Shown here piece after piece: positions 20,555-30,309 of a stretch of DNA of 64,000 nt; position 1 is the stretch's first letter, and every line of letters starts with the position of its first letter. Both the position numbers and the translations under genes were made by a program. Source of the DNA: an uncultured Pseudomonadales bacterium (GTDB lineage Bacteria; Pseudomonadota; Gammaproteobacteria; Pseudomonadales; UBA7434); assembly GCA_943788835.1 (NCBI GenBank), contig CALSRU010000005.1:213343-277342 (forward strand), written 5' to 3'. A model generated the notes under the pieces. The model searched no databases. It was not told the DNA's origin and worked only from the letters and a program-made list of their open reading frames with translations.

Positions 20555-22078
20555 TCAAGGAACTTTACTAATAATTGGTGGACCGATCCATTTGGTCAAA
20601 AAAACAGGCAGTTTCTGCCAGGTTTTTATTAGCAGCTTGTACTTAGGGTTATTTGGGTTGAGTTCGGGTAGCGGTGCATTATTGTCGAGCCAGTAATGCC
20701 AGTGATGTTCAACGGGTTTAGCTCCCCATTGCTTTTTAAATCGATAAGTTGGGCTGTCTTTGCTCGACCGGCCAAAATCAAAATAGTTGTAATGGTTGCG
20801 AATGGCAAACCCCAGCACTTCTCTGTAGAGCAGCATGTTGGCATCCATCGAATTATAATATTTTATAGTCGATGCCCAAGGTATCTCTAATATGTTGTCA
20901 TGCCCTAGCAAGAAAGCCGCAGACGCAGGCTTATTTTTTAAATATAAAACGACAATTTTGGATGATGCGGGGAAAGTATTGATCATCTCCCTAAAAAACC
21001 TTTTGCTATAAACTGGCGTGCCTAGGTCTCTCATGTTGGTAGAAAAAACGGTGTAAAAGTCGTCTATTAAATTAGCCTTGCCCGTTTTCACTTGGAAACC
21101 AAAGCGTCTCGCACGATTTATCTGTGCTCTAATCTTGGCCCCCACTTTTTCATCAAAGGCTTGTTCTGTTTTGGCGAGTCCTAAGACCATCGAATTTTTT
21201 TCATTTTTTGAAGGCCAATCATTGAGATAGTTCGTCGCACGGACTTCTAAGTGTGAAACTTTAGCCTGCTTGCAGTCCTTGGCTGCTGCATCCAATAGGG
21301 CTGCTTCAACGTCTCTATTGTCAGCTAGCGGTCCTCCATAGTTCAGGTAAGGTACCGAAACAGCCAAATGGCCAAATAGTTTACTTTTAAGAAAATAAAC
21401 AGGGAGTATGCCGACCAAATTCCCGGACTTCGACTTGGCTGCATAAAGCTTTGATTCACAATGAAATATTTTTTTAAAGAGGTCTCGCCATTGGTAGAGA
21501 TGCGCATGGGCGCTCGCGGCATGTGTTTTGACGTAGCCATCCCAATCGGGTGCATCAGAATCTTCCATATACATGATTTCAAAGTCTTCGATGCTCGATT
21601 CATCCGGTGTGACGTGGCTGAAGCGAGCAGGTAAATCCGGAAGCTCATCGGCGGGGTCAAAGAATGCTAGTAGGCACTTTTGCGTATGTTTTAACTGCTT
21701 TTCGGCAGCTTTTAGCCTTGCAGATGCATGGGCTACTTGCTCTTTGACGGTATTTTGTGCAGTTGATGAACTACCTGGCTTTGAGAATTTTTTTGAAAGT
21801 AATTGCTTTTGTGATTTCAATGTCTTCAAGGATTTTTTTTGTATTTTTATATCTTCGTACAGCTCTTTAATTTGCTGCAGTGAATCACAATTTTCCGCAC
21901 GGCCCCATCGGCTAACGACTGCTTTTTCTATATCAGAGAGGATGTCTTGAAGTTTCATGCTATTAAGGTTTTCGCAATGGTGTTTATCGACTGTAATTCT
22001 AGCATAAGGCGCTGCGCTTACCGCCTGAACAATGCTGAGCAAATTGGCAACTATTGGGTCGATTATGTGTACAGCCAT
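20555..22078 (-). CDS. FemAB-family protein (PEP-CTERM-system-associated type) with an N-terminal coiled-coil extension
   Basis: 507-aa ORF. The C-terminal ~340 aa (from about DWDGYVKTHAASAHAHLYQWRDLF to the end) look like the FemAB-related family found in exosortase loci. The N-terminal ~165 aa are extra. An alternative start is Met41 at 21958. Neither start has a clear SD. Confidence 0.75.
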   Translation of the reverse strand: MAVHIIDPIVANLLSIVQAVSAAPYARITVDKHHCENLNSMKLQDILSDIEKAVVSRWGRAENCDSLQQIKELYEDIKIQKKSLKTLKSQKQLLSKKFSKPGSSSTAQNTVKEQVAHASARLKAAEKQLKHTQKCLLAFFDPADELPDLPARFSHVTPDESSIEDFEIMYMEDSDAPDWDGYVKTHAASAHAHLYQWRDLFKKIFHCESKLYAAKSKSGNLVGILPVYFLKSKLFGHLAVSVPYLNYGGPLADNRDVEAALLDAAAKDCKQAKVSHLEVRATNYLNDWPSKNEKNSMVLGLAKTEQAFDEKVGAKIRAQINRARRFGFQVKTGKANLIDDFYTVFSTNMRDLGTPVYSKRFFREMINTFPASSKIVVLYLKNKPASAAFLLGHDNILEIPWASTIKYYNSMDANMLLYREVLGFAIRNHYNYFDFGRSSKDSPTYRFKKQWGAKPVEHHWHYWLDNNAPLPELNPNNPKYKLLIKTWQKLPVFLTKWIGPPIISKVP

Positions 22079-22238
22079 ATGGTCGGCTATACAGAATCCG
22101 TCGTGTCACTATGGTTTTAAAAAAACGCTTTAAAAATAGTAGTTTATTCAGTGTTGCTCTATATTTATGCCATACTTATTGCTAAGCATAAGTACAGCTA
22201 TACGTATGTCCCTAACCTAATTTTTCGGTATCGCTTCG

Positions 22239-23774
22239 ATGCATGCTAAGCCAATTATTTCTGACCGCCGGTCGAGTTTACTACTATCCGCTTTTCTGGC
22301 TGTAGGCATCTTGGCTTGGCAGTTTTTCCCAACAGTCTTCTCGTTACATTCAAGATGGGCTGTCTTAAACGAAGCCTATGGTCACGGCTACGTAGTTGTG
22401 GCACTTTGTGCCTATTGTTTTTGGCGTTATTTGACTCTCTGTCCACCCTCAGCAGTAGATAGCACGGCCTTGAAACCAAAATCTCAATTTCTTGGTATGT
22501 GCGTTTTCGTCTTGGGTTTACTGGGTTGGATATTCGCAGAGGCTAGTTTTACTCAATTGTTTGCACAGCTAGCATTGCCAGTTATGTTTTCCGGGTGGGT
22601 TATTGGTGTCCATGGTGTAGATTTGTTTCGTCGTGTCTGCTTAATCCCTTTGCTTATGTTCAGCTTTGCTCTTCCGATTTGGGACTTCCTGGTAGGCCCC
22701 CTTCGCGCAGTGACCACTGATGTGACTGCCTTCGTGCTCAGTACTTTGGGTATTACTTTTTACGTTAGCAATTTCCAGTTCTATTTTCCGTCGGGTATTG
22801 TTCGCGTTGCCGGCGGTTGCTCAGGTCTTAATTTTTTTACCGCAGCATTGCTTATCGGTTTTTGTTATTCTGAGTGGGTTCTTGACGGTAAAAAAAGAAT
22901 AGTGAGTGTATTTCTTGCCTGTCTATTTGCAGTAGTAGCGAACTGGCTTCGAGTTATTTCATTAATGTTGCTTGCCCATTACTCAGAGATGACACACCCA
23001 TTGATTTATAATCATGGATTCTATGGATGGGTTGTTTTTGCCGTAATGCTTCTTTTATATTTTTATATCATGCAAAATTTTTTTTGTGCTGACCATAGAT
23101 CTAATAATCCAAACCCTCCTGAGCCGAAAAACCTTCCGCATACGCTGGGTGCAGTGATACCCACTAGAGCAGAAATGTATTCAATGGCTATTTTTTTTCT
23201 GGTTTTAATGATTTTGGTGTGGGGCTTTCATACCCTTTCTGACAGTCAAAAAATTAAGACTATAGAGCTAAAAGTTCCCCAGTATTTTCAGCAATATGAT
23301 CTAAGCAGCACTGATTGGATGCCGCTGTATAGCGGTTATGATAGGGCGCAGCACTGGGTAGTGCGTGTGGAGGGCAATCCTCGCTTGACGGTATTAACCT
23401 ATCTTACGCAGCAGCAAACAAAGGAATTAGTTTATTTTAGTAATCGTCTTGGCGGCGAATATAAAGAAACCGCATTAACTGCTTTTTATAGTGATGGAGG
23501 GATTCCTTTAGGGCGATCAATTATAAATACAAAAGATGGCAAGCAGCTAATTTATTGGGCTTATCATGTTGGTGACCGGTATACCATCAACCCCATTGTG
23601 GCAAAGTTTTATCAGGTGCTTGCTGCCTTAGCAGGTAAGTCTAGCTCAGAGCTTATTGCGGTGAGCTACGACTGTAGCGAGGCATGCCGTTCGACAGTTG
23701 ATAGCCCGCAGGGATCGGCGAGAGCTCAGCAGGTATTTGAAATTATTAACTCACTTAAATGGCAGGTGAATTAA
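22239..23774 (+). CDS. xrtA: exosortase (XrtA-like) fused to an EpsI-family domain
   Basis: 511-aa polytopic membrane ORF. Exosortase signature segments are VRVAGGCSGLNFF (Cys), ANWLRVISLML (Arg) and HPLIYNHGFYGW (His). After a further TM helix, the C-terminal ~200 aa (…YSGYDRAQHWVV…LTYLTQQQTKELVYFSN…LIYWAYHVGDRYT…) resemble EpsI. Confidence 0.88.
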   Translation: MHAKPIISDRRSSLLLSAFLAVGILAWQFFPTVFSLHSRWAVLNEAYGHGYVVVALCAYCFWRYLTLCPPSAVDSTALKPKSQFLGMCVFVLGLLGWIFAEASFTQLFAQLALPVMFSGWVIGVHGVDLFRRVCLIPLLMFSFALPIWDFLVGPLRAVTTDVTAFVLSTLGITFYVSNFQFYFPSGIVRVAGGCSGLNFFTAALLIGFCYSEWVLDGKKRIVSVFLACLFAVVANWLRVISLMLLAHYSEMTHPLIYNHGFYGWVVFAVMLLLYFYIMQNFFCADHRSNNPNPPEPKNLPHTLGAVIPTRAEMYSMAIFFLVLMILVWGFHTLSDSQKIKTIELKVPQYFQQYDLSSTDWMPLYSGYDRAQHWVVRVEGNPRLTVLTYLTQQQTKELVYFSNRLGGEYKETALTAFYSDGGIPLGRSIINTKDGKQLIYWAYHVGDRYTINPIVAKFYQVLAALAGKSSSELIAVSYDCSEACRSTVDSPQGSARAQQVFEIINSLKWQVN

Positions 23775-23802
23775 CAATGGCCAAAGTAATATTGAGTTGA
23801 CT

Positions 23803-25053
23803 ATGCGGCAACCAATAAAATCCAAGCAGGACGCTAGCGAATTCGCTTTCTATGTGTTTATGTTTTATATGTTGGTGGTGTATTCCGGTCTTCCGGATTA
23901 TTTCCCCACGCTGGGTGCCATAAGACCAGGTCTGCTTTGCGTAAGTCTCTTGACTATTAACATGTTGTCATCAGGTTCTTTGAGTAAAGATATTACGGAA
24001 ACGGAAGTGTTAATGCTCTTCCTGATTATAGGCCAGTCTTTGCTGTCGTTTACGTATGCAAAAAATACAGGGGTAATGAGGCATCTATTTGAGGCAGAAA
24101 TACTGAACATTTTTGGTTTAACGCTAGGAGTAATGCTGGCCCTTCGTGCTGAATATCATTTGCGAGCGTTTTTAAAACTTTGGTTGTTTCTCGGTGTTCT
24201 TATATCCGCTCAGGTAATAAAAAACGGTGGAGTGGGGCCGCAGCGTCTGGGTGATGAGAACGACGTTACATTAGTAATCGTGCTCATGCTGCCCTTCTTT
24301 TTCCTGGGCGTTAATTTTTACAAAGGCTTTTATAAGTGGCTTTGTGTTACCGGCATTCTTCTATCTTTCGTTGCAATAGTTGCAGCTACATCAAGAGGTG
24401 GTTTTTTGGCTTTGGTGGGTATGTTGGTAATGCTTTGGTTTTTTTCAAGAAAAAAAATTGCATGGGTTCTTGCTGCGGGTTTGTTAGTGAGTTTGGCGGC
24501 CGCTTTTTTTATTCCACAACAATATAAAAACGATATGAGTACTATCAGCGACACGCAGGAATCTACAGCGGATGCGAGGTTATACTCTTGGATGCTTGGC
24601 TTTGAGATCTTTAAAGATAATTGGTTTTTAGGGGCAGGGACCGGTCAGTATGGTTGGGAGGTGTCGAAGTATCAGCGTGAGCGAGGTGATTTTGAAATTG
24701 ATGAGCAAGGTTTAAAAAAACGTAGAGACCTTAGCGGGCGAACATCTCATTCGTTGTATGTCGACTATATAAGCGAGAGAGGAGTGGTTGGCCTGATTTT
24801 TTTCAGTATCATGGCGGCGTCGATTTATCGACGATTAAAGTCAATGCGAGCACGGTGGTCGGATAGGGCTGGTGACCCTCAGAATGACCTCTTTGTCTAT
24901 TTCTCCGTAGCGGCTTCTTGCGGTATCGTCGGGAATTTGGTGGGATCTATTTTTGTCACCAGCTTTTATTTCCCAAGCTTGTGGCTGATGGTGGGCTGGG
25001 TAATCGCAACGCATCGAATCGTGCAACCCAACCGGATGGACATTGGTATATAA
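23803..25053 (+). CDS. O-antigen-ligase-like (Wzy_C) membrane protein, exosortase-associated type
   Basis: About 416 aa with ~10 TM helices. Wzy_C core segments are ATSRGGFLALVGMLVMLWF and HSLYVDYISERGVVGL. It lies immediately downstream of the exosortase. The ATG at 23803 is preferred over the TTG at 23797. Confidence 0.8.
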   Translation: MRQPIKSKQDASEFAFYVFMFYMLVVYSGLPDYFPTLGAIRPGLLCVSLLTINMLSSGSLSKDITETEVLMLFLIIGQSLLSFTYAKNTGVMRHLFEAEILNIFGLTLGVMLALRAEYHLRAFLKLWLFLGVLISAQVIKNGGVGPQRLGDENDVTLVIVLMLPFFFLGVNFYKGFYKWLCVTGILLSFVAIVAATSRGGFLALVGMLVMLWFFSRKKIAWVLAAGLLVSLAAAFFIPQQYKNDMSTISDTQESTADARLYSWMLGFEIFKDNWFLGAGTGQYGWEVSKYQRERGDFEIDEQGLKKRRDLSGRTSHSLYVDYISERGVVGLIFFSIMAASIYRRLKSMRARWSDRAGDPQNDLFVYFSVAASCGIVGNLVGSIFVTSFYFPSLWLMVGWVIATHRIVQPNRMDIGI

Positions 25054-25088
25054 ATGGAAGTAATTACGCTGTTTTTTAGGAGATTATA

Positions 25089-26306
25089 ATGGCTCAAAAG
25101 CGAGCTCTATTAATCAGTTACGATTTCCCACCGAGTAATCGAGTGGCGGTGCAACGTAGTCTTGCTATGGCGTATCATCTTATGCAAATCGGTTGGGATA
25201 TAAAAATTCTTACCGTGGTGCCAAAGTGTTATGAGTCGATCGATAAAAATCTTTTTACCTCTTTAGAATTAGAGCAGGTGACGACACACGCATGGGCCTT
25301 TAACACGCGTAAAATTGGGTTTCGAGGTAAATACATCGATTTTTTTACCATACCCGATGAGTGGATAAGTTGGTTGATCCCTGCTTTGATTAAAGGGCGG
25401 CAGTTGATTAAGGCTAATAAATTTGACTGTATTTGGTCTACCTGCCCACCTTTTACTACTGAATTCATTGCGGGTCTGCTTTCAAAGAGATATAACATTC
25501 CTTGGGTTGCTGATTATCGCGATCCTGTTTTGAAAGGTGACCATGGTAAAGGTGTGATTGGGCAAGCGTGGGGTATTGATAAAGTTGATGCTTTCACCAT
25601 TAAGCATGCATCCAAAGTAGTATTTACAACCACAGAGGCCCTTGACTTATATAAGCGTTATTACCCAAACACTGATCATAAGAAATTTTCGGTCATTCAA
25701 AATGGTTATTACGATCTTCCTAATATTGATCGGGCGCAGTTAAAAACCCAGTACAGCGCTAAGCCAACAAAACATATCCTGTATAGCGGCAGCATTTATG
25801 GGGCGCGTAACCCCTCATTAATACTAGAAGCTCTTGAGTTGCTGAAGCAAGAAGGTCGTATTGCTGTTGGCGACATCAAACTTCAATTTCAGGGGAATGG
25901 CCTTAAACACACGCTGGCACCGCTAATTGGAAAGTTTGCACTCGAAAGCTTTGTTGATGTCTTGCCTTCAGTTGGTTTTGAAGAATCGATAAAAAATATG
26001 TACCAAGCCGATGCGTTATTGCTAATACAAGGTGAGAAATTCAACTTACACATTCCAGCAAAAGCGTATGAATATATAGCGTCTAAACGGCCGATTATCA
26101 GTTTTTGTCCTGCTGGTGGAGCGACGGCTGTGCTTCTAAAAGACATTCCAAATGCGTTAGCTGTTGATTCTTTGGAAACTGTAACGGCGGCATTAATCAT
26201 GGTCCTAAACGATGCGTTCGATATACCAAATCATGAGGTCGCGCCATATGCTCGTAAATCTCGCGCACTAGAGCTTGACACTTTGTTTACAGGTTTGAGT
26301 CGATAA
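25089..26306 (+). CDS. glycosyltransferase (GT-B fold, GT4-like)
   Basis: 405 aa with a good SD (AGGAG). The GT-B-like C-terminal half includes ADALLLIQGEKFNLHIPAKAYEYIASKRPII. The family call is by eye. Confidence 0.6.
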   Translation: MAQKRALLISYDFPPSNRVAVQRSLAMAYHLMQIGWDIKILTVVPKCYESIDKNLFTSLELEQVTTHAWAFNTRKIGFRGKYIDFFTIPDEWISWLIPALIKGRQLIKANKFDCIWSTCPPFTTEFIAGLLSKRYNIPWVADYRDPVLKGDHGKGVIGQAWGIDKVDAFTIKHASKVVFTTTEALDLYKRYYPNTDHKKFSVIQNGYYDLPNIDRAQLKTQYSAKPTKHILYSGSIYGARNPSLILEALELLKQEGRIAVGDIKLQFQGNGLKHTLAPLIGKFALESFVDVLPSVGFEESIKNMYQADALLLIQGEKFNLHIPAKAYEYIASKRPIISFCPAGGATAVLLKDIPNALAVDSLETVTAALIMVLNDAFDIPNHEVAPYARKSRALELDTLFTGLSR

Positions 26307-26310
26307 TTTT

Positions 26311-27387
26311 ATGGTTGGCGATAAAGCGCGATATCGAACAATAGATAGCTTGCGAGGTTTTGCAGCTATTGCTGTCGTTTTTTTCCATTTGACTGGTAAC
26401 ATCAGGCAAGAGTTATCAATGTGGGTGCCTGAGATAGTGATGACCATATTTTCTTACGGATATTTAGGGGTGCCAGTCTTCTTCGTCATCAGTGGGTTTG
26501 TCATTGCTCAAAGTATTGCGAATGCAAATGTCAATCTAAAATTTGCAGGTAACTTTGCCCTCCGGCGTATGATCCGTTTAGACCCACCCTACTGGGCATC
26601 TATAATTATTGCGATGGTGCTGCTGGCTATGAAAAACGCCATGCAGGTGAACGAGGAGCCGTACCCATCATTTTCTACTCTCGCTGCACACATTTTCTAT
26701 TTGCAGGACTTACTGAAAATTCCACCAGTCATCTCTGAAGTTTACTGGACTCTGTGCCTAGAAGTGCAGTTTTATTTATTTTTCATTTTTTCCGCCGTTT
26801 TAATGTCTGCGATAGCGCCGAGTAAATATTGGGGAAAAAATCTTCACTTTATTTTAATCCTTGCTTTTGGCGTTGCTTCTATTTTGGCAGACTATAAGTT
26901 ATTAAATAGTATGCCATCGGGTTTTTTTTTACCCTACTGGCATTACTTTGTAACTGGTATTATCCTCAGTGAAGTAGCTAAAAAAACCCCCTATGCAACT
27001 TTGATCTTTTTGTTTTGGCTTGGATTTGAAGTGATAATGCAGATCTCTCAGCCGCTACGCCCCTATACTATCGCATTAATTTTTTGTGCGGCTTTTGTTT
27101 ACTTGGGTCTTTTCTTTAACGCTTTAGATAGATGGCTCGTTTATCGACCGTTTCTCTTTTTAGGGTATATTTCCTACAGTCTGTATCTGCTGCATCCAGA
27201 TATCGGTTGGAAGGCTATAAGCATTGGCAAGACCTACTACGGATTAGATATGGCGTGGTATCAGTCTGCGGGTGTGTTCGCTGGTGGTATTACAATAAGC
27301 ATCCTCGCTGCTTGGTTGCTGGTTGTACTCATAGAGCAGCCCTCGGTAAGGTTGGCCAAAAAATTTAAAATCAAACCGGTCAGCTAA
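26311..27387 (+). CDS. acyltransferase family 3 (integral membrane O-acyltransferase)
   Basis: 358 aa with ~10 TM helices and the N-terminal motif IDSLRGFAAIAVVFFHL. It contains an in-frame T9 run at 26922-26930. Confidence 0.85.
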   Translation: MVGDKARYRTIDSLRGFAAIAVVFFHLTGNIRQELSMWVPEIVMTIFSYGYLGVPVFFVISGFVIAQSIANANVNLKFAGNFALRRMIRLDPPYWASIIIAMVLLAMKNAMQVNEEPYPSFSTLAAHIFYLQDLLKIPPVISEVYWTLCLEVQFYLFFIFSAVLMSAIAPSKYWGKNLHFILILAFGVASILADYKLLNSMPSGFFLPYWHYFVTGIILSEVAKKTPYATLIFLFWLGFEVIMQISQPLRPYTIALIFCAAFVYLGLFFNALDRWLVYRPFLFLGYISYSLYLLHPDIGWKAISIGKTYYGLDMAWYQSAGVFAGGITISILAAWLLVVLIEQPSVRLAKKFKIKPVS

Positions 27388-27406
27388 ACGATTTAGGATT
27401 TAGGTT

Positions 27407-28507
27407 ATGAGTAATTGGGTATTTAGAGAAAATAGTTTAGATATGCTACGTCTTTTTGCTGCTTTCCAGGTAGTAGTGATGCATACGCTGGGCTACATGA
27501 TGCCTGACTATGGCTCAAACGCAGCATTACGAATATTGGGTTATTTTCCTGGAGTACCTATCTTTTTCTTTATTAGTGGTTATTTGATTAGCAAGGCTTT
27601 TGAAAATTCCCCTAATAATATCGAATATGCGAAAAATCGTTTCTTGCGTCTATATCCAGCATTAATTGTTTGTGTTGGTCTTAACATTTTGATGGTGGCG
27701 ATAACAGGTTATTTTTCTCAGGTGGGAGCCTCTGTTGCCGATGTTGGATTACTATTTTTAGCCAAGGCGAGTTTCCTGCAGTTTTGGAACCCCGAATTCA
27801 TGCGAGCCTTTGGTGATGGTGTTTTAAATGGTAGTCTCTGGACTATTTGCGTTGAGCTTCAGTTTTATTTGATTACGCCGTTCTTATATCTTGTCATTCC
27901 AAAAGATAAAAGGCACGGCAATTATCTTTTGGTTGCCTTGTTGTTTTTGTTTATCGTTTTTAACAGGATTTTAGTGTTGCCCGAGTTTGATTCCTCTAAT
28001 GAACTGATTTGGAAGTTCTATAGTGTGAGCTTCATGCCGTGGTTGTATATGTTTATTACGGGCATTTTATTTCAGCGCAACTTTGCATTTTTGTCTGCGT
28101 TTGTTAGTCGTATTTCTTGGCTTATTTTGCTGCCAGTGTATTGTATTTATACATTCTTTATGATCGATCTCGGTTTCGAAACTGGTAATAACGTCTCTCC
28201 GATAGTCTTTTTTCCTTTGATTTTTTTAATATTTAGGTTGGCCTATCTCGGCACTGAAAAATCAAACAATTTGCTGCGTGGTAACGATATTTCATACGGT
28301 ATTTATATTTGGCACATGCCAATTGTGAACCAAATGTTGTTTTTAAATTATGGGCAATCTTATCTTGATGTTGTGATTGCATTGATGCTGACCTTTCTGG
28401 CCGCTGTCGCCTCTTGGGTGTTGGTAGAAAGGCCCGCAATCCAGCTAAAACATGTGACGCTCAACTCCACTTTTTCTAAATTCAACTCAAAACGAGTAAA
28501 GCGTTAA
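27407..28507 (+). CDS. acyltransferase family 3 (second, tandem copy)
   Basis: 366 aa with ~10 TM helices and the N-terminal motif LDMLRLFAAFQVVVMH. Confidence 0.85.
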   Translation: MSNWVFRENSLDMLRLFAAFQVVVMHTLGYMMPDYGSNAALRILGYFPGVPIFFFISGYLISKAFENSPNNIEYAKNRFLRLYPALIVCVGLNILMVAITGYFSQVGASVADVGLLFLAKASFLQFWNPEFMRAFGDGVLNGSLWTICVELQFYLITPFLYLVIPKDKRHGNYLLVALLFLFIVFNRILVLPEFDSSNELIWKFYSVSFMPWLYMFITGILFQRNFAFLSAFVSRISWLILLPVYCIYTFFMIDLGFETGNNVSPIVFFPLIFLIFRLAYLGTEKSNNLLRGNDISYGIYIWHMPIVNQMLFLNYGQSYLDVVIALMLTFLAAVASWVLVERPAIQLKHVTLNSTFSKFNSKRVKR

Positions 28508-28848
28508 TTTAGAGACGTTGAGAGTTTTTTTCTTTGCGACTGAAGACGTTATAAGTATTGCTATGTAATGTTTTGCTAATTAGTTTGATCAGAGCAGTCG
28601 GCCAAATTCTTAGCTATGGCTATTGCAGCATTGTCTAAATCACGGCGTTACTTTGAATTAAGCCTTCGGTCTCTGGAATTTTTAATGGAAGACTTTATCG
28701 AGATTGCCGGCGAAATGTTTTTGGTGCTGCGGAGTGTGCCAGTGTGCGAAGCGGCTGGCAAGATTTCAAAGTTTTTTTGGCTGAACTGTGGCATAAACGC
28801 TTTCTACTAAAATTTTAGCCGATATTATTCATCGAATCGATAAGCAAT

Positions 28849-30309
28849 ATGGAACAAAAAGCAAAGAAAGGCAAGATGCTGAACCATTCCGCAATCTATG
28901 CATTGGGTATCTTTATCCAATATTCGACATCAATTGTCATGATGCCGATCTATACACGCTATCTTACGCCTCAAGATTATGGAGTCGCCGATCTACTGGC
29001 TTTGGGTGTGGAGGTGGTCGGTCTCATCATTGGGGTAATTAGTGCCGAAGCTATTTTTAGATTCTATTTCGAAAAAGACGACGCGCAACATAAGCGTAGG
29101 GTAGCGTTTACAGTCTTTTTGGTAAGCTTACTAATCAATTTAGTGGGCTATTTATTTATTTATTTTACCGCGGTCTATTCTTCGAGTTATCTATTTGAAG
29201 GGACTAATATTTCGAATGGTGTGGCGCTTGTAAGAATTTATGGGGCTACGCTAATATTTCAAGTTCTAACCGCAATCCCTATGGCTTATATACGGGCGCA
29301 GCAAAAGCCCGTTTTATTCGTAATGTTTTCGGTGCTACGGTTAGTGCTAGCGGTGGCCTGCAATATCTATTTTATTGTTTACCAAGAGTTGCATGTAGTG
29401 GGTGTTATTTATGCGGTATTCACCTTCAGCGCGATCCATGGAGCTATTTTATTTACCTACATGATTAGTAAGACCGGTATAACTTTTTCTGGGTCTTTAG
29501 CGCGCAAAGCCTTATCTTTTTCTTGGCCGCTCATGCTCTCTTCGTTTGCTTTATTTTTGGTGACCTATGCAGATCGCTTATTTATCAAGCATTATGTTGA
29601 TTTGACCGCAGTTGGGCTCTATTCGTTGGCTTATAAATTCGGGTTCATTTTTATAGCAGTTTCTTGGGCTCCGTTTAGCCAAATGTGGGAGTCTCAGCGT
29701 TATATTGTAGCCAAGCAAGCCAATGCGCAGGAGATTTTTCGGTATACTTTTAGGATGACTCAGGGTTTTGTATTAATTTGTGCCGCAGGGCTTTCTATTT
29801 TTGCGCAAGATATTTTACGTATTTTGGCAGGCAGTGAGTTTCAAGAGGCTTATAGGTTAATAGGGATTATCGTCTTTGCTTATGTTTTTAATATTTGGTC
29901 ACAATATTGTATGTTTGGTATTTTATATTCTAAAAAAACTATTTATAAAAGTTATGCAGATTGGTTGACATTACTTTTCACTTTGATTTTTTATTTTTGT
30001 CTTATTCCTAAATGGGGCGCAATGGGAGCCGCAGTGGCTACTTACTTTAGCCTGTTTTTAAGGTTTTTACTTTTAAATTATTGGTCGAATAAGTTTTTTG
30101 ATATGTCACTAGATTGGCCAAGAACAATATTAATATCGGTTTCGGCTTACTTGGTATACGGTATTTCTATTTATATTGAGGCACCAATAATGATTTCGTT
30201 AGCATTAAACGCATCACTATTATTTGGGTTTATGGTGATGGTTTGGTTTATCGGTTTTTCTATTCAGGATAGAGAGAGAGTAACTAATTATATAAAGGCT
30301 TTTCGATAA
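28849..30309 (+). CDS. Wzx-type polysaccharide flippase (MOP superfamily)
   Basis: 486 aa, hydrophobic throughout with about 12-14 TM helices. Its position in the locus and its overall pattern are typical of Wzx. Confidence 0.7.
   Translation: MEQKAKKGKMLNHSAIYALGIFIQYSTSIVMMPIYTRYLTPQDYGVADLLALGVEVVGLIIGVISAEAIFRFYFEKDDAQHKRRVAFTVFLVSLLINLVGYLFIYFTAVYSSSYLFEGTNISNGVALVRIYGATLIFQVLTAIPMAYIRAQQKPVLFVMFSVLRLVLAVACNIYFIVYQELHVVGVIYAVFTFSAIHGAILFTYMISKTGITFSGSLARKALSFSWPLMLSSFALFLVTYADRLFIKHYVDLTAVGLYSLAYKFGFIFIAVSWAPFSQMWESQRYIVAKQANAQEIFRYTFRMTQGFVLICAAGLSIFAQDILRILAGSEFQEAYRLIGIIVFAYVFNIWSQYCMFGILYSKKTIYKSYADWLTLLFTLIFYFCLIPKWGAMGAAVATYFSLFLRFLLLNYWSNKFFDMSLDWPRTILISVSAYLVYGISIYIEAPIMISLALNASLLFGFMVMVWFIGFSIQDRERVTNYIKAFR

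Noticed and set aside
22168-22183. A sigma54-like -24/-12 element, TGCCAT-N5-TTGCT, ~55 nt upstream of the exosortase start. This would be attractive because PrsR is a sigma54 activator.
   Set aside because: The near-invariant GG of the -24 box is GC here. I also found no convincing TGGCAC-N5-TTGC match in the other intergenic regions I scanned by eye (3719-4111, 16017-16100, 28508-28848, 34006-34172, 37082-37761, 42238-42431). A position-weight-matrix scan is needed before any claim.
28616-28810. Small intergenic ORFs: 28616-28810 (64 aa) upstream of the flippase, 10300-10506 (68 aa) upstream of manC, and 1591-1806 (71 aa) in the rpmA-obg spacer.
   Set aside because: They have no SD, no recognisable motifs and atypical composition. 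The 1591-1806 ORF ends inside the terminator hairpin. They are most likely chance ORFs in promoter or leader regions.
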